A stretch of 64,000 nt of DNA from assembly GCA_965113315.1 (NCBI GenBank), contig OZ220363.1, one strand, 5' to 3'. The notes below the pieces were generated by a model. The model worked only from the letters and a program-made list of their open reading frames with translations. It ran no database searches and was not told the origin of the DNA. Position numbers and translations under genes: made by a program. Origin of the DNA: Podarcis vaucheri (Eukaryota). Each line of letters starts with the position of its first letter. Positions within the stretch are counted from its first letter, which is position 1. Positions 47,104-59,840 of the stretch are shown in pieces.

Positions 47104-47218
47104 CCTGAGGACCTTGAAGCATCCACATCCCACACCTTCAAAGTGAAGAGCTTCAAGAAAGTGAAACCATGCGGGATATGTCGTCAGGCTATTACCCGGG
47201 AGGGTAGCACCTGTCGAG
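47104..47218 (+). CDS. TNS1: Tensin-1 coding exon 2, N-terminal half of C1 (Cys/His zinc finger) domain: [38 protein letters not shown]
   Basis: Polypyrimidine tract plus CAG acceptor (ctctttcctttcctccctgcag|, 47103), 115-nt exon, donor G|GTGAGT at 47219 (phase 1). H-x12-C-x2-C-x10-C pattern. Very similar to recalled human TNS1 [38 protein letters not shown] and unlike TNS2. Confidence 0.93.
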
Positions 47219-47800
47219 GTGAGTGAGGCTGGGCATGGAAAGGTTGGAATGTGAAATATAGCTCGTTCGTTGGGTGGGGAAGGAGAGCTGATTCAGTTTG
47301 GTGAACAAACTGTATAATGGTACTGGCCAAAATATGTAGCACCCTGGACAATCTTCGCCATCCTCAGCCAAATGAACACATATGAGGCTGCCAGCTTGCT
47401 GAAATGAAGCACATCTAGATCTAGGTCCATGTTTCCTGGGAAAAAGATGGGATATAAATCTGAGATAAGGAGATATAAGCTATAGCAAGGAACAGTGATG
47501 TTCCCATTTTACAAGTGTGGGGAGGAGGGACCATGTGGAGGTTATAGAGCTCCAGTAGATGTGTACAGATGACTGCTCAATCAGTGATGAGCTTCTAACT
47601 TACTACCATGTTTGTGTAACCATGTCCATTACACATTCTGTCTGTCTATAGTATCTGACCATGTAACAGAGCAGACACTCGTAGATATATGGGAGAGCAT
47701 AGGCACCCTGAAATTCACTATGTGGCTAAACATTAGAAGTGTCCTGCATCCATATGGCAATACTGCGGTAAGTTGACACGGGGTGATTGTGAAGCAAATA

Positions 47801-48035
47801 CAGTGGTATCTTGGGTTAAGTACTTAATTTGTTCTGGAGGTCCGTTCTTAACCTGAAACTGTTCTTAACCTGAAGCACCACTTTAGCTAATGGGGCCTCC
47901 TCCTGCGTGCCAGAGCACGATTTCAGTTCTCATCCTGAAGCAAAGTTCTTAACCTGAAGCACTATTTCTGGGTTAGCGGAGTCTGTAACATGAAGCATAT
48001 GTAACATGAAGCGTATGTAACCCGAGGTATCACTG
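47801..48035. mobile_element. Tc1/mariner MITE, family M, copy 5
   Basis: TA|cagtggtatcttgggttaa...taacccgaggtatcactg|TA. Confidence 0.87.
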
Positions 48036-49766
48036 TAGTCATTTTGTAGCCCCTGTGGGTAATTTTGAAGCCAGTTAGGAGGCGGGAGCAGAGGTGAAAT
48101 GATGCAGATAACGCTTTTTACCATAACGCTTCATGGTGTTTCCAAGGCTTCCTAGGTCTTCTCAATGGTATTTCAGTGACTGTAGTTTTGCAGTTGGCCA
48201 CAGGATGTCACACTTAGCATCTACTACCTTTTCGTTCCATGGTAGCTTTGTGTGAATGAAATGGAACCATTGCTTGGTGCAGTTAATTACCCACATTCAG
48301 TTGTGGCAGGAAAGGTGCCAGAAGGGGTATTTTGGTGATTTTCATAGCATTCCATTCAATTTCCTTACCAGGAAAGTTTGGATATGGTGTGAATGTGGTG
48401 CATAATTCACTTCTGGTAACTGGCAAATTAACCTGAAAGACACAGCTAGGAATCAAAAAGCAAAGTCCAGGGGACCATATGCTTTCAGGTCTGTGAATAG
48501 CACAAGCACAACCATAGAAAAATGGGTGCAGAATCATCTTCAGACATTCAGGTGTTTTGGCACTTACACCAATTGATTGGACGGATACATGATGAGACTC
48601 AGCAGTTCATTCATTCATTCATTCATTCATTCATTTTATTTGTTTGCCACAACCCCCCCCCCAGCAAATAGCAGCCTGCAACAAAGAAACAGAGTTGCAT
48701 TTCAAATGAACACTATAGAAACAATTCCATAATAACATAGCAAAATAGTAACAGTAACAATTTCATAATAACATAACAAAACAATACCATAGTGACAATT
48801 GCATAATAACATAGTAAAACCAAAATACAATAACATACAACGCTCCTACATTTCAGTACTATAAATATAACAAGATTACTTAAACAACATGTAGCATCCA
48901 GTAGCAAAAATAACAAGGGAGCTTTACAGTTTCACCTTAGTCCTGGAAACACCCCTCCCATGATGTTGCTCCCATATGAACTTTCTGAACCCCATAGGAA
49001 AACTTTGCCATGCCAAGCAATCACGGAATGTGGGAAATGGGTTTCTGAGGTGGAAGTGATCCAGCATGCTAGCTGCACATGGTAGAAATTACAAATGAAC
49101 ATAAACAACACACAGTGGGCTTAAACATGTGGTAGATGTAATGTCTAGACCAGATTTGGACACTTTTGAAGAGGGTGGGGGTGCAATCTTTAGCAAAAAG
49201 TTTAGAAATGTGTGCTTCCCTGATACCTATATATTTAACTATAATACTGCTATTCACAAAGCATTTACTCATCTAGGTGTTCTGTGTGACCGCTAACATA
49301 TTTTGAAAAGATCCCTAACCCCTTTGCTAGCCCACACATGTGCCGTGTGTTCATGTGAACCCCAGGAATTGCTGAACTGGTATGACATGGAGTATGGGCT
49401 TGGTAAATAGGGTAAGCACTTAAAAATGTGATGGGTTGCATTTGTAAGTAATAGATTTTCATGTTTCAGTGTTGCATTTATAATGATTTGGTATTAGATC
49501 CTCATCTGCTGGTAGCGACTTCAGCTTTTATCATGCCCAATAGATAGAAGAACATGCTTTGGAATTCTGCAGTCATGACCCCAAAAAGAATTATTGCAGG
49601 CAATTCCTGTAGCTGCAGGTTTAAGCACTTGTAGCCTGTTTGTACTCCAGGCTGTTCCTTGAGAGTTTTGCAGCTTAGTACAGACAGTGGTGAAGATATC
49701 CCTATACAAAGTCACAGTTTGCTGGTAGGGTATTTCCTTCAGAGCCATGTTACCTATTGCAAAAAA

Positions 49767-49997
49767 GTGGTTAAGAGCGGTAGACTCATAATCTGGGGAA
49801 CCGGGTTCGTGTCTCCGTTCCTCCACATGCAGCTGCTGGGTGATCTTGGGCCAGTCACACTTCTCTGAAGTCTCTCAGCCCCGCTCACCTCACAGAGTGT
49901 TTGTTGTGGGGGAGGAAGGGAAAGGAGAATGTTAGCCACTTTGAGACTCCTTCGGGTAGCGATAAAGCGGGATATCAAATCCAAACTCTTCTTCTTC
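49767..49997 (+). mobile_element. Squam3-like SINE, slightly 5'-truncated
   Basis: gtggttaagagcggtagact...gggttcg...(CTT)n tail. Confidence 0.85.
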
Positions 49998-50641
49998 ACC
50001 TGGTTTAGCCAGCCAGTTGAAGTTCCTGGGGTGTGGCTGCTGTCACACGCTGATAGCTTCTAGGAGTCACAGGGTGGGGACGAAAGGTGGACAAACTACC
50101 CCAGAAGTAACACAGTGTGTCCCCCACCAGAGGTACTATCCCTCCCCTAACACTCAATACACTCCTTCCTTTGTATAATAAGCTGTTTTCTCTCACATAT
50201 CCCTTTCTGTCCTCCATCCAGGAAAACAAGAGGCATTATCAGATTTCAGGGACACATTCTAGTCAGGCAGAACATTTTGGGCAGGAAGCAAGACCTGCTA
50301 GAGATGTGGCTTGGGGAGAGTTCAAAGGACCAGACAGAAAGGCCTGGAGGGCCATATCTGCCTCTAGAACCTGGGGTTTCCCATCCCTGTCATAGGCCAA
50401 TTCCCACTCTTAATAATTCACTACAGCTCTTTCAACATTTGCTGCTTCTGTTTTTAACACTCTTTCAAGAACAAGTATGTGATACCCCCTAGCCTTCATC
50501 TGGGCGCTCATACAGTCCCGGCTAGCTATACAAGTTGGAACATATCACACACATTTAAAATAGAAGCAATGAATGTTAAAGATCTGGCAGCACTTTCTAG
50601 GAAAGAGCTGGGATGTGAATTGACCTACTGTGTTTCATCAA

Positions 50642-50684
<43 letters not shown>

Positions 50685-53600
50685 TATATACCATCGTATT
50701 TAGTAGCCCCTTAAAATAAACATCCCTTCCAGAGCACACTTTAATTATATTTGCTTAGGATGTTGCTGCCATGTTTGAAATGCTAATTGAGTGAACACTG
50801 ACAGCACACAATTCTTCTCCCCCCTCCCCCCCTTCTGGCGCCTTTGAAATCTGCTCTTGACTGATTTTTAGCCTAAATCAGGATCCGTGTGCGCCCCACA
50901 AAGAGAGCTTTCCAGCTAAATGTATTCTCTTAGCCTCCCTGTTTTTGCTCCATGCGTGAAAAGACGCAAAATGCAAAGTATCTCGGCTCACAGCTGCAGT
51001 CCATGCTTCATATTGGAGGCACGACTCCTTAACACCAAAGCCCTACCCCTGGCTCTGTCAAAACCCCGACCCAGGTCCATTTTGAAAAATAAAAAGCTTC
51101 CTTTCACCCAATAAGACAAGGAGAGCTTTTCCTGCAAGCTTGGAAAGAGCTGAGATGGGCACCTGGGGTTTATTATTATAAAGGTTTGGGAGAAAATGTT
51201 AAGGGAAATAGCCCACCTGCTTAGGATGGAACAGTTCCCTCCTCTGTTAGAAGGCCTCTGCTTGCCCTCCCACTTTTTGTTACATTCCTGCACATAACAC
51301 ATAACTTAAAACGTTAGGTGGGATAAGAGTTAACTCACAGCTGAGGCCCTGCAACCCTTTGGCTTTAGCAGAAGAGTCTGCTTTTTATAGTTTTAACTTG
51401 TTTATTTATTTTACTGGTTTATATATAGTTTAGGGCTCACAACATTCATGTTGCAGTCAACTTGCGAGTGGTTCATCATCGCATAGCCTTTGACTTTGCA
51501 TCCTCTCCAAAACTTCTGAAAGTTGAGTTGAGCGATAGCATGCAAAATAATGGCTGCCACTTTGTGATGAATCACTTCCGCAACTTGTCCATGTTTTGAA
51601 CACAGGATGGTTGTGTGAACTGCCCCTTGGTGGTCTCTGTGGAGGGCAGAGGAAGCAGTGCATTTCAGTTTAGTAACTCTTAAAAAAATAACCAGAGTCT
51701 AAGGTGGAAAAGAGAAAGAAACTTGGAGGCATTCATTCAAACCATCACAAATTACAGTTTTAGCTGAAGGTAGCTCTGATTGTTTCATATTTGCGTAGTG
51801 CATTGCTCTGTAAGTTTAGAAACTCCTGCACTCTCAGCCAGAATGGGTTTTGTCGCTGGTAGAAGGATGGTCTCTGGGAGGAGAAGGATTCTTCTGCACA
51901 AATAACATGGATGAGTAAAGTTGAGCAGGAGGTTACTGCAGGAATGGGAGGTCATTACCTTCCCGTCTTGCATGTGACTCAGAAGAGCGCACATGTGCCG
52001 GAAGGAATGGGATGGCCCACTGCAGACCCCAGCAGCTCACGCTGTCAGTCTGACACAGCTGATACAGATCAGGTGGAAGTCACTGGGCAGCGAGTTGTGT
52101 TCATATGTTCAGCCAAGTTCTTTTTATCGGACCTGGTCAGGTGCACAGTTCTCTTTCCGATGTCTCAGACAAGGAGGAAATGCTTATTGAGACTTCAACA
52201 ATGCCCGCTTCCTGTGTTCCCTCAGGCAGGAAACAAGTGCAGCAGCAGAGAATGCCTGAGGGCTGATTAAGCCACCAGTCTTTGCTTGGAAATCTGGGCT
52301 GATTCAGGCTTCTCTCCCTCCGTTGCATGGCGCTTGCACGTCCTACCCTGGCTGCAGTGTGGAAGGGAGCAGCCACAGCCCCTCTTGCATCTAAACAGGA
52401 AGCCCCAAAGAAGGCACTTCAATGTTTTAACCTAATGGCATGTTTGCTGCAGAAAGTCTAGCTGAAATTGTATCTTCTTACCATGCATGTGTGCACGTAC
52501 ATGTAGTCTGGCTTGTTCTGCAAACCAAAATTTCAGTGGCACATCCATTAAATTAGAAATATTTGGGAGAGCATAAGTGGGCTCCACCAGGGGTCCCCAC
52601 TTGCTACTTTGTGAGCTTCTGTTGGTGCTTCTTTTCTGAGCATGAGCACTAGGAAGCCTTTACCGCCTGAGATAAATAAAGCATCTGACAGTTCTGCTGC
52701 TCCAGAGGGGCAGAGAAGGTGGCAGAAGTTGGGAGAGGAGGAGGAGGTGGAAGATGATGGGAGCTTTCAGGAGAAGTCCATCTTAGTCCAGCAGCTGGAA
52801 GTTTAAGAGAAAGCTCCAGAAGCAGGCACACAAAACTTAAAGAGGTTGTCTTCTCCAGCTTTTGATAACTCTCCAGAAGCAACCAATCTGAAGACACTGA
52901 TGGCGAAGGTGGCTAGTCTGCCTCACTTTTTAAGTAACTGGATTGCTCAGAAGTCCTATTATATTTGTGTAGCATTGATGTGTATGTTTTCGACTTTATA
53001 AGCCATTGTTTACTGAAGCTAGGCACAAGTGTTGCCCTTCCCATCTTTTTCTCTGTGCTGTGCCACTTTTTGGTTTGTTTTGGTTTGCGCAAAGTGTGTG
53101 ACAACCTTTAATGTTGCTTGCCCTCCACCTTTGCTTGCAACGTTACCTGAGCTCACATTTAACAAAGGGGGAAGCTGAAGGGCGATGACTTGTCCCACCG
53201 AGGATTGGCTCATACATGAGCGTGCCCCACTCATATTTCTCAACATGTGGGTGAATGTATAAATGGATCCCATGGTTTTCAAAAGATGAGTGTCTTGAGA
53301 TAGTTTGAGGTAGTTTGGAAGTTCCATTTGCGGTCTTGGATGTGAGCTGACTCACTGAGACTTGCTAGTCATCACTTGATGGTGCAGCGATTAAATTAGG
53401 AACATGGATATAGGAACTGAATTCTTCTAAAAGCTGAAACCCAGTATTTTGCCTGCTAAACAACACTGATTTCCTGTAACTTGCCTATTTATGCGTCAGC
53501 ATCTCATATGACCCGAAACAGCACTTGCTGCTTCCTGTTCTGCTGGAGAGCTAATAGCTGCTGGTTTTATTTGCAAACATTTCTTGGTCATTAGTTGCAT

Positions 53601-54889
53601 TACAAGCGACTGGACTGTATCAGAAATGAGAGCTTAATTTGGGTAAAATATTAACAAATGCAACTGTTTCTGGAGAAGTTCTCAGATTCTTGTAATTCCA
53701 GAGTGCTTTTCTTTACTCCCAGGAGGCCATTACTGTCCATTTCCAGATAAGAATGGTAAAGCTTTATGCCAGCTAAAAATGCTGTAGAAAAACAATTAAA
53801 ATTAAACAAGAATAAATGAATTCAAGAGGAACGGAGCTGCTTCTCCTCTGGCTTTAAGGACTTGGCACCAGTGGGAATTTGGATTACCGTACCTCTTGGC
53901 AGTTCTTCAGCGATTTGGGTTCTCTGAACCTTTCAATGTGCTTCCCTTTAAGTGGCTCTTGGGTAGCTTGGAGAAAGAAAAAAGCTATAATATTGCAGTG
54001 GAAACAGGATAGCCTTTATCTGACTCTTTCTGCAGTGCCACTGGCAGCTGCTAAATGGAGTCTGTTCCCTCCTCCTGCTCCTAACCAAAGTTAGGAGAAT
54101 CTGGAGATAATGGCCAGATTCTCAGGATGACCAGTGGTACATGAAGAACAGGACATATGGAACAGCTCTCTGCCCCCACCCACAATGCAGTGCCATTTTA
54201 AGCGGCCACCCAAACACTGCATGCTAGTGTGTGCCAGGCTAGAGGTGGTGCCATGGTTGCATCTTATCATAACACAGTTCCAGTTATTATCATGCCATTG
54301 CCATGCTCCACTAAACTGTATGGCTGGAAAGGACCCAAAAGTCATCTAGTTCATAAGCCAGCACTTGACACAATTGTATTTGTTTGCTTGCATAATGTAT
54401 ATCCTGCACCTTCAACCACTAGGGATACTCGGGTGCCCAATAATGCATACAGCAACAACAATTAAATCTGCAAACTTATAATTAATTGCAGTAAAAACAA
54501 AGCAGTACAAATAGTAGCAAATGCTTAATAATGGCAGTCATAAAATCAACCCTACTGCTTGCAGTTGGAAAATCCAGATATGATCAAACACAGCACTAAG
54601 GTGTCTTATTTTTATTTCCCCAGATATCATTCACTGAGCCCTCACTCAATTAAGCACCTTTTTTCCAACCTGATATTTTTGAGTTGGAGTAGTTTGCATG
54701 CAATTGTGTAACGGCAATCTTCTTGTGATGAATAACTGCTGGTCTTGCAGCAGCTGTTAGCAGCCAGATGTTCTATAGGCAGGCACACGATGATGTGCTT
54801 GGCAGATCCACCTCCATCCTACCCTGAGTGATGTAGTGCATGTAACCCTTCAGCACTGCTGCACTTTTTAGGCAATAGGTTGGTGCACA

Positions 54890-54921
54890 GCACCAGCACC
54901 AGCACCAGCACCAGCACCAGC
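54890..54921. repeat. (CACCAG)5 hexanucleotide repeat
   Basis: Direct reading. Confidence 0.9.
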
Positions 54922-55465
54922 AGAAACTAAGCACAGGCTCTGGGCTTCATTGTCCCCACAGTGCATTGTGTTACAGCTTTATGAGTAGCCCTGAGATCCT
55001 GCATGCTGCTTGGCTGGTGGGCTGTCTTGGTGTCATTTGGTTTTGGCATATTTGTAGATTGCCTTGGGTGACCTATTTCAGAAAGACCGTATAAAAATGT
55101 TAAAACTAAATAGCTTTGGGTTTTTAACCTTCCTGTTCATTTCTAGTTGCAACTGGCCATTATGCACCTATTGATTAATCAAAACAGAATTATACACCTA
55201 TTAACATGCCTCTCAAACAAACAAACAAAAAAAACTCCTTTGAATTATGCAGGCCTGAAGACCATAACAGTCCAGAAGAAGAAAGAAGCTTGATGGTTTG
55301 CATAATTCTAGTCATGATGGTCATATTACTCTGTCATGAAACTTGGAAATATTAAGTTGGCTGTGTTGACAACTGAGGTATTTAAGAAAAATTGAATGCT
55401 GGGGGCTTGGCTATAAGCCTTTACAAAGGAATTCAGTGAAAATTCCTCAATTCTTGTGGGGATAG

Positions 55466-55486
55466 GTGTGTGTATGTGTGTGTGTG

Positions 55487-55546
<60 letters not shown>
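55466..55546. repeat. Compound (GT)n(AC)n(AG)n microsatellite
   Basis: Direct reading. Confidence 0.95.
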
Positions 55547-55551
<5 letters not shown>

Positions 55552-56029
55552 AATTGACTGGAATCCACCGGCCTCTGTCCACTTCTGATCAGCTGAAAAG
55601 GTTGGTAGGAAGGCTCAGGATGACTAGATAGTTCATATAGGAACCTATACACAGAGAGATTGCGTATAGAGCAGGGAACTGAAGTGCCCCTTTCTAGGCC
55701 TGTTCAGCTTTTCAAGATTAAGTATGCATGCTATGGTCAAGATATGACATTTGGGTGAATATGTATTGCTCTGGAATCATTTGCTGGCTGTCACATTCAG
55801 TGTCCTGACCCTGAAGTCCCCCACCCTTTGACTCATTTTGCAAGCAAAGGCAAGAACCCTGGAAGAGATATTTTAATATTTACATATGTTTGGATTGCGT
55901 CCATACATTTTTGTTGAAAACAAAGCTGTCAAAAGATATCTGATATTGTTTTAAATTTTTATATATCTTCTTCATTTGAGTGACTGTGGGGCCCCTTTTC
56001 AGGACCAAGGTCCTTTCAAACCCACTTTC

Positions 56030-56490
56030 AATAAAAAAATGTAACAAAATAATTAAAACCACCTATAGATTAGAACTTTTTAAAAATTTAAAAACCAACA
56101 GAGCAGCACAAAGCAAAAACAGCATATGTGATAACATGACAGCCTCTAACATCAGATACCATTCCAGTAGCAATAATAAAACCAGGTTTTAAACCCTACT
56201 GGCTACCTAACCAAAGGTGGATTGAAAAAAATATATATTTAGGGTCTACCTAAAATAAAACTGGAAAGGAGCCAAACATAACTCCTGGGAGAAGGTTCCA
56301 CAGGTGAGGGATCACTGCTGAAAAGGTCCTTCCCTTTCCTGCATTCCCTCAAGCCTGATGGTACCCAGTGGTGCACCTGCAAGGCTCATATGGATGCAAG
56401 TAACTTGACCCCTAATCATTTAGGGTTTTAAAGGTCAGAGTCGGCACTTTAAATTGGACTTGGACGTTAAGCAGCAGTGAGTTCTTCTGA
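56030..56490 (-). mobile_element. Old L2 LINE 3' fragment
   Basis: Antisense L2 motifs ggttccacagg...cactgctgaaaagg and tttagggttttaaaggtcagagtcggcactttaaattgg. Confidence 0.55.
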
Positions 56491-58734
56491 ACAACAGAGC
56501 TAAGGCTGCCAGCATAGGCTCACTTCCTTGGGAGTCTTCCCTTTTGTCACTTTTGCTACCTGCTGCAAATCTTGTTTCTTTTGAAGTCCCTCCAGGTGTC
56601 CCTTTTATTCCGCATGGGGCGATCACACTGCTTCATTTTCAGTCAGTGCATATCACATAATTGTTCTGGTTTATTGTTGTTGTGCTATTGCAATAATGTG
56701 GTAACATTGGGGAGGCATTGCAGAACAAGCTAAAGTATAATAAGTCCACTTTAGATAAGGCTAAGCAGAACAAAGAGAGTTTCATGGATAAGATTCAAAA
56801 ACTGTTGGGAGGGGTAGATCAGCCCAGATACTGATAGCCCACTTCCCAGAAAAGTACAGTTAACAAGTCTGGACTTGGCTGCATACTTGTCCCAAGTCTC
56901 TCTCTCTTATTATTTTTTTTTAAGAGAAGGACAGAGAGGGATGAGGAGAGACCAAGTGCCCTGGCTCCTGCTCCTCTTCTGCTCACTGCTAGGCCAGGTT
57001 TTCTCTACTGTTCAAATCTTGGCCTAAAAATGCAAAGGTAACATATCCTGTATAGCAATCCCCTGCTCCTGTAACCTTTCCTTGCTAAGAACAATGGCTG
57101 TCTTGTGTATCAAAGTAACAGATGCTGTTTCTGGCAAGGGCTGCAGCCGCCAATGTAAACCGCTCTGGGGTGATTGAACTTGACCCAACCCAAGGCTTTG
57201 CTGGCAACATACCAAAGTTTTGGGCTTCACAGGGGTGGCTGGGGAGGAAAGGGGAATGGAGTGGGACTTTGCAGTGCATAAATCTGGAAATGTTGCCCCT
57301 TGACAGGGCGACGTCCCCATCTAGAGTGAATTCTGTGCTGGTGTGCAGCACTTTATCCGGGTTAAAGTAGGTGCTAGTTCGACTTGACACCCAGCTATAT
57401 TCATTCCCATTATAATAAAAGTCAGTGCTTCCGTATTAAACCATATTCCCCGGAAAGAATTACACAGCAAGAGAGTCTTTTTAAACTGTACATAGCCATA
57501 AGATTTATTAGGAATAGTGTAGAGAACCAAGCATCCCCTTTCTTATCATCTGTACCATGAATAAACAACAGGCTCTTTACCAAAGATGAAGCTATATTTT
57601 GATTTATTTTTTTAAATGGCTGGTCTAGTACTACTGCTGTAAACTCAAGTCTCCCCTCAGCTGTGCAGGGAGATGGCTTTAGGGAAATCTCTTCTCCCCT
57701 TTAAAGCCCCAACACACGCAGACACCTACCTTCAAAGTAAGAACAACAGTTCTGGAGTACCTTATAGGACCATTATATGGATTTATGAGAAAATGTTCAC
57801 AATGTGCTTTGAAATGCACTATAGCCAGACTGGTGTGTATACACCGCAAGATCTCTTTAGCGAAGGCAAAGTTTGTGTTGGATGTAGTTACGTGCATTAG
57901 AATCGCCTCTTTGCTAAGTGCTCATCCAATGGAGCTCGAGATCAGCTAGTGACACATTAAATATTAACAGAGCAATAAACCTTAAATGCATACCTTCCCC
58001 CACTGTGAGGGTGAACATCTTGTTTAGCAATGAAGGCCACCCAGGAAATTCACCATGGGCCAAATGATGATATGTCACTTGTATATTGTCAAAGTAACTC
58101 AGCCACAAAAATCTGAAGAATTGTGCTTGTGTATGTTGTTAGTTACCAGGCCACAGTTGGGTGGAGATGCAGGGCTGCTTCTTTGTCAGAGCAAAATTAG
58201 GAACTAAACCCTCAAAATCATGCAAAATCACAAGATGCTATATCATCGAAAAGCATGTTTGTTGTTTGTCCTGTGATTTCTGAGCCCCATGGAAACAGGA
58301 CTAATTGATTATTTGTAAACAGAAAGGGGTAGTATTTGGGCATGTTGGGTGTACATGGGGTGAAGATGGGTGGGTGGGAATAGGGCACATCAAGTATCTA
58401 TACATATAACTACTATCAGGTAACAGATCTTCCATTTTTGGTACATCTGGTTCCTGAGTGGTGAGGCTTAGTAGACCTGGCCTTACACCAGCTCTCCCTC
58501 TCCATGGTTTCTCCATTGGTAGACCTCTCATTCATTGGGCACACTTGGTGTTTTGATGATGTCCTCCTTCTCTTTTAAAAAATTAATCATTTTGAAACAA
58601 TAACAATACTTCAAATACAAAAAGCAGAATTGGTATTGACTCCCACCTCTGCCATGGTTGATTTTGTTAATTTCTTTTCCACTAAATATTCTAATTTTCC
58701 CCATATCTTATTTTTTGTCAGTTTTATAATGATA

Positions 58735-58962
58735 ATTTAATAATAATAATTTATTATTTATACCCCGCCCATCTGGCTGAGTTTCCCCAGCCACTCTGGA
58801 TGGCTCCCAATCGAGTGTTAAAAACAATACAGCATTAAATATTAAAAACTTCCCTAAACAGGGCTGCCTTCAGATGTCTTTTTAAAATAGGATACGTACT
58901 TATTTCGTTGACATCTGATGGGAGGGTGTTCCACAGGGTGAGTGCCACTACCGAGAAGGCCC
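58735..58962 (-). mobile_element. L2 LINE 3' end
   Basis: (TAA)n tail then tttataccccgcccatctggctgagtttccccagccactctgg. Near-identical to the 46424 copy. Confidence 0.85.
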
Positions 58963-59447
58963 AATATCTCACTATTTCTTACTGCTGAATTTCATCTTTT
59001 AGTGTTAACTTTTTAATTTGTTTACGGTAAGTTTCCAAATAATCTTGATGATATCCTTCCATCTGCAAATGAAATACTCCATTCTTTTCCTGATTTTAAT
59101 TAATTGCACTGCTGCTGCAATCAACTTCACAATTCCATGCATTTCTCCTTAAAAAACAAAACAAAAACCCAACATGACAGGATAACAAACAGCACTGGAC
59201 TGTGCTGCCAGAATGCCATACAGAACTCCCAGCAAAATGGATATAACAGTTACTTTGCAAGACTGGCTTAAATCATGCTCTCAGCCACAGCCCCCCTTGC
59301 CCCTGTGATAAATGGACCAAGAGGTTCTTTCTCCAGACAATAGTTGTGTCGTGTTCTACCCTTCTCTTTATTTAATTGTCTAGACTGACTTCATAAATTC
59401 CAGTCATTGCTACGACTTCATTCACTTCCCCTCACAGTGCTACAATC

Positions 59448-59594
59448 CAGTGGCATAGCGTGGGTTGTCAGCACCCGGGGCAAGGCAAGTAATTTGCACC
59501 CCCTAACCCGTGGATTTGCGCCCCCTAACCCTAACCCCCAGATGTTGCGCCCGGTGCAGCTGGCCCCCCCTGCACCCCCCACGCTACGCCACTG
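59448..59594. mobile_element. Young hAT MITE containing CCCTAA hexamers
   Basis: TIRs cagtggcatagcgtggg / cccacgctacgccactg. Perfect 8-bp TSD ctacaatc. CpGs retained. Confidence 0.9.
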
Positions 59595-59666
59595 CTACAA
59601 TCAACCCTTCTTCCCAGGGAGTTCTGGGGATTTTAGCTCTGTGAAGGGAATAGGGGTCTCCTAATA

Positions 59667-59803
59667 ATGATAGCTCAGTTGGTAGAGAATGAGGCTCTTA
59701 ATCTCATGGTTGTGGGTTCGAGCCCCATGTAGGGCAAAAGATTCCTGCGTCACAGGGGGTTGAACTAGATGACCCTCTTGGCCCTTCCAGTTCTACAACT
59801 CTA
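59667..59803 (+). mobile_element. tRNA-Lys(CTT)-derived SINE with CR1 3' end
   Basis: tagctcagttggtagagaatgaggctcttaatctcatggttgtgggttcgagcccc head and gggttgaactagatgaccc...ttccagttctac tail. Confidence 0.85.
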
Positions 59804-59840
59804 ACAACTTTCAACACTCTTAACAAACTACAGTTCCCAG

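Noticed and set aside
3005-48035. CRISPR-like or regularly spaced repeat system from recurring ttaacctgaa words
   Set aside because: These are internal subterminal repeats of dispersed mariner MITEs in a vertebrate genome, with no array or cas genes.
59667-59740. tRNA-Lys(CTT) gene (also 11660-11731 minus)
   Set aside because: The acceptor stem is broken and it is fused to a CR1-derived tail, so it is a SINE head.
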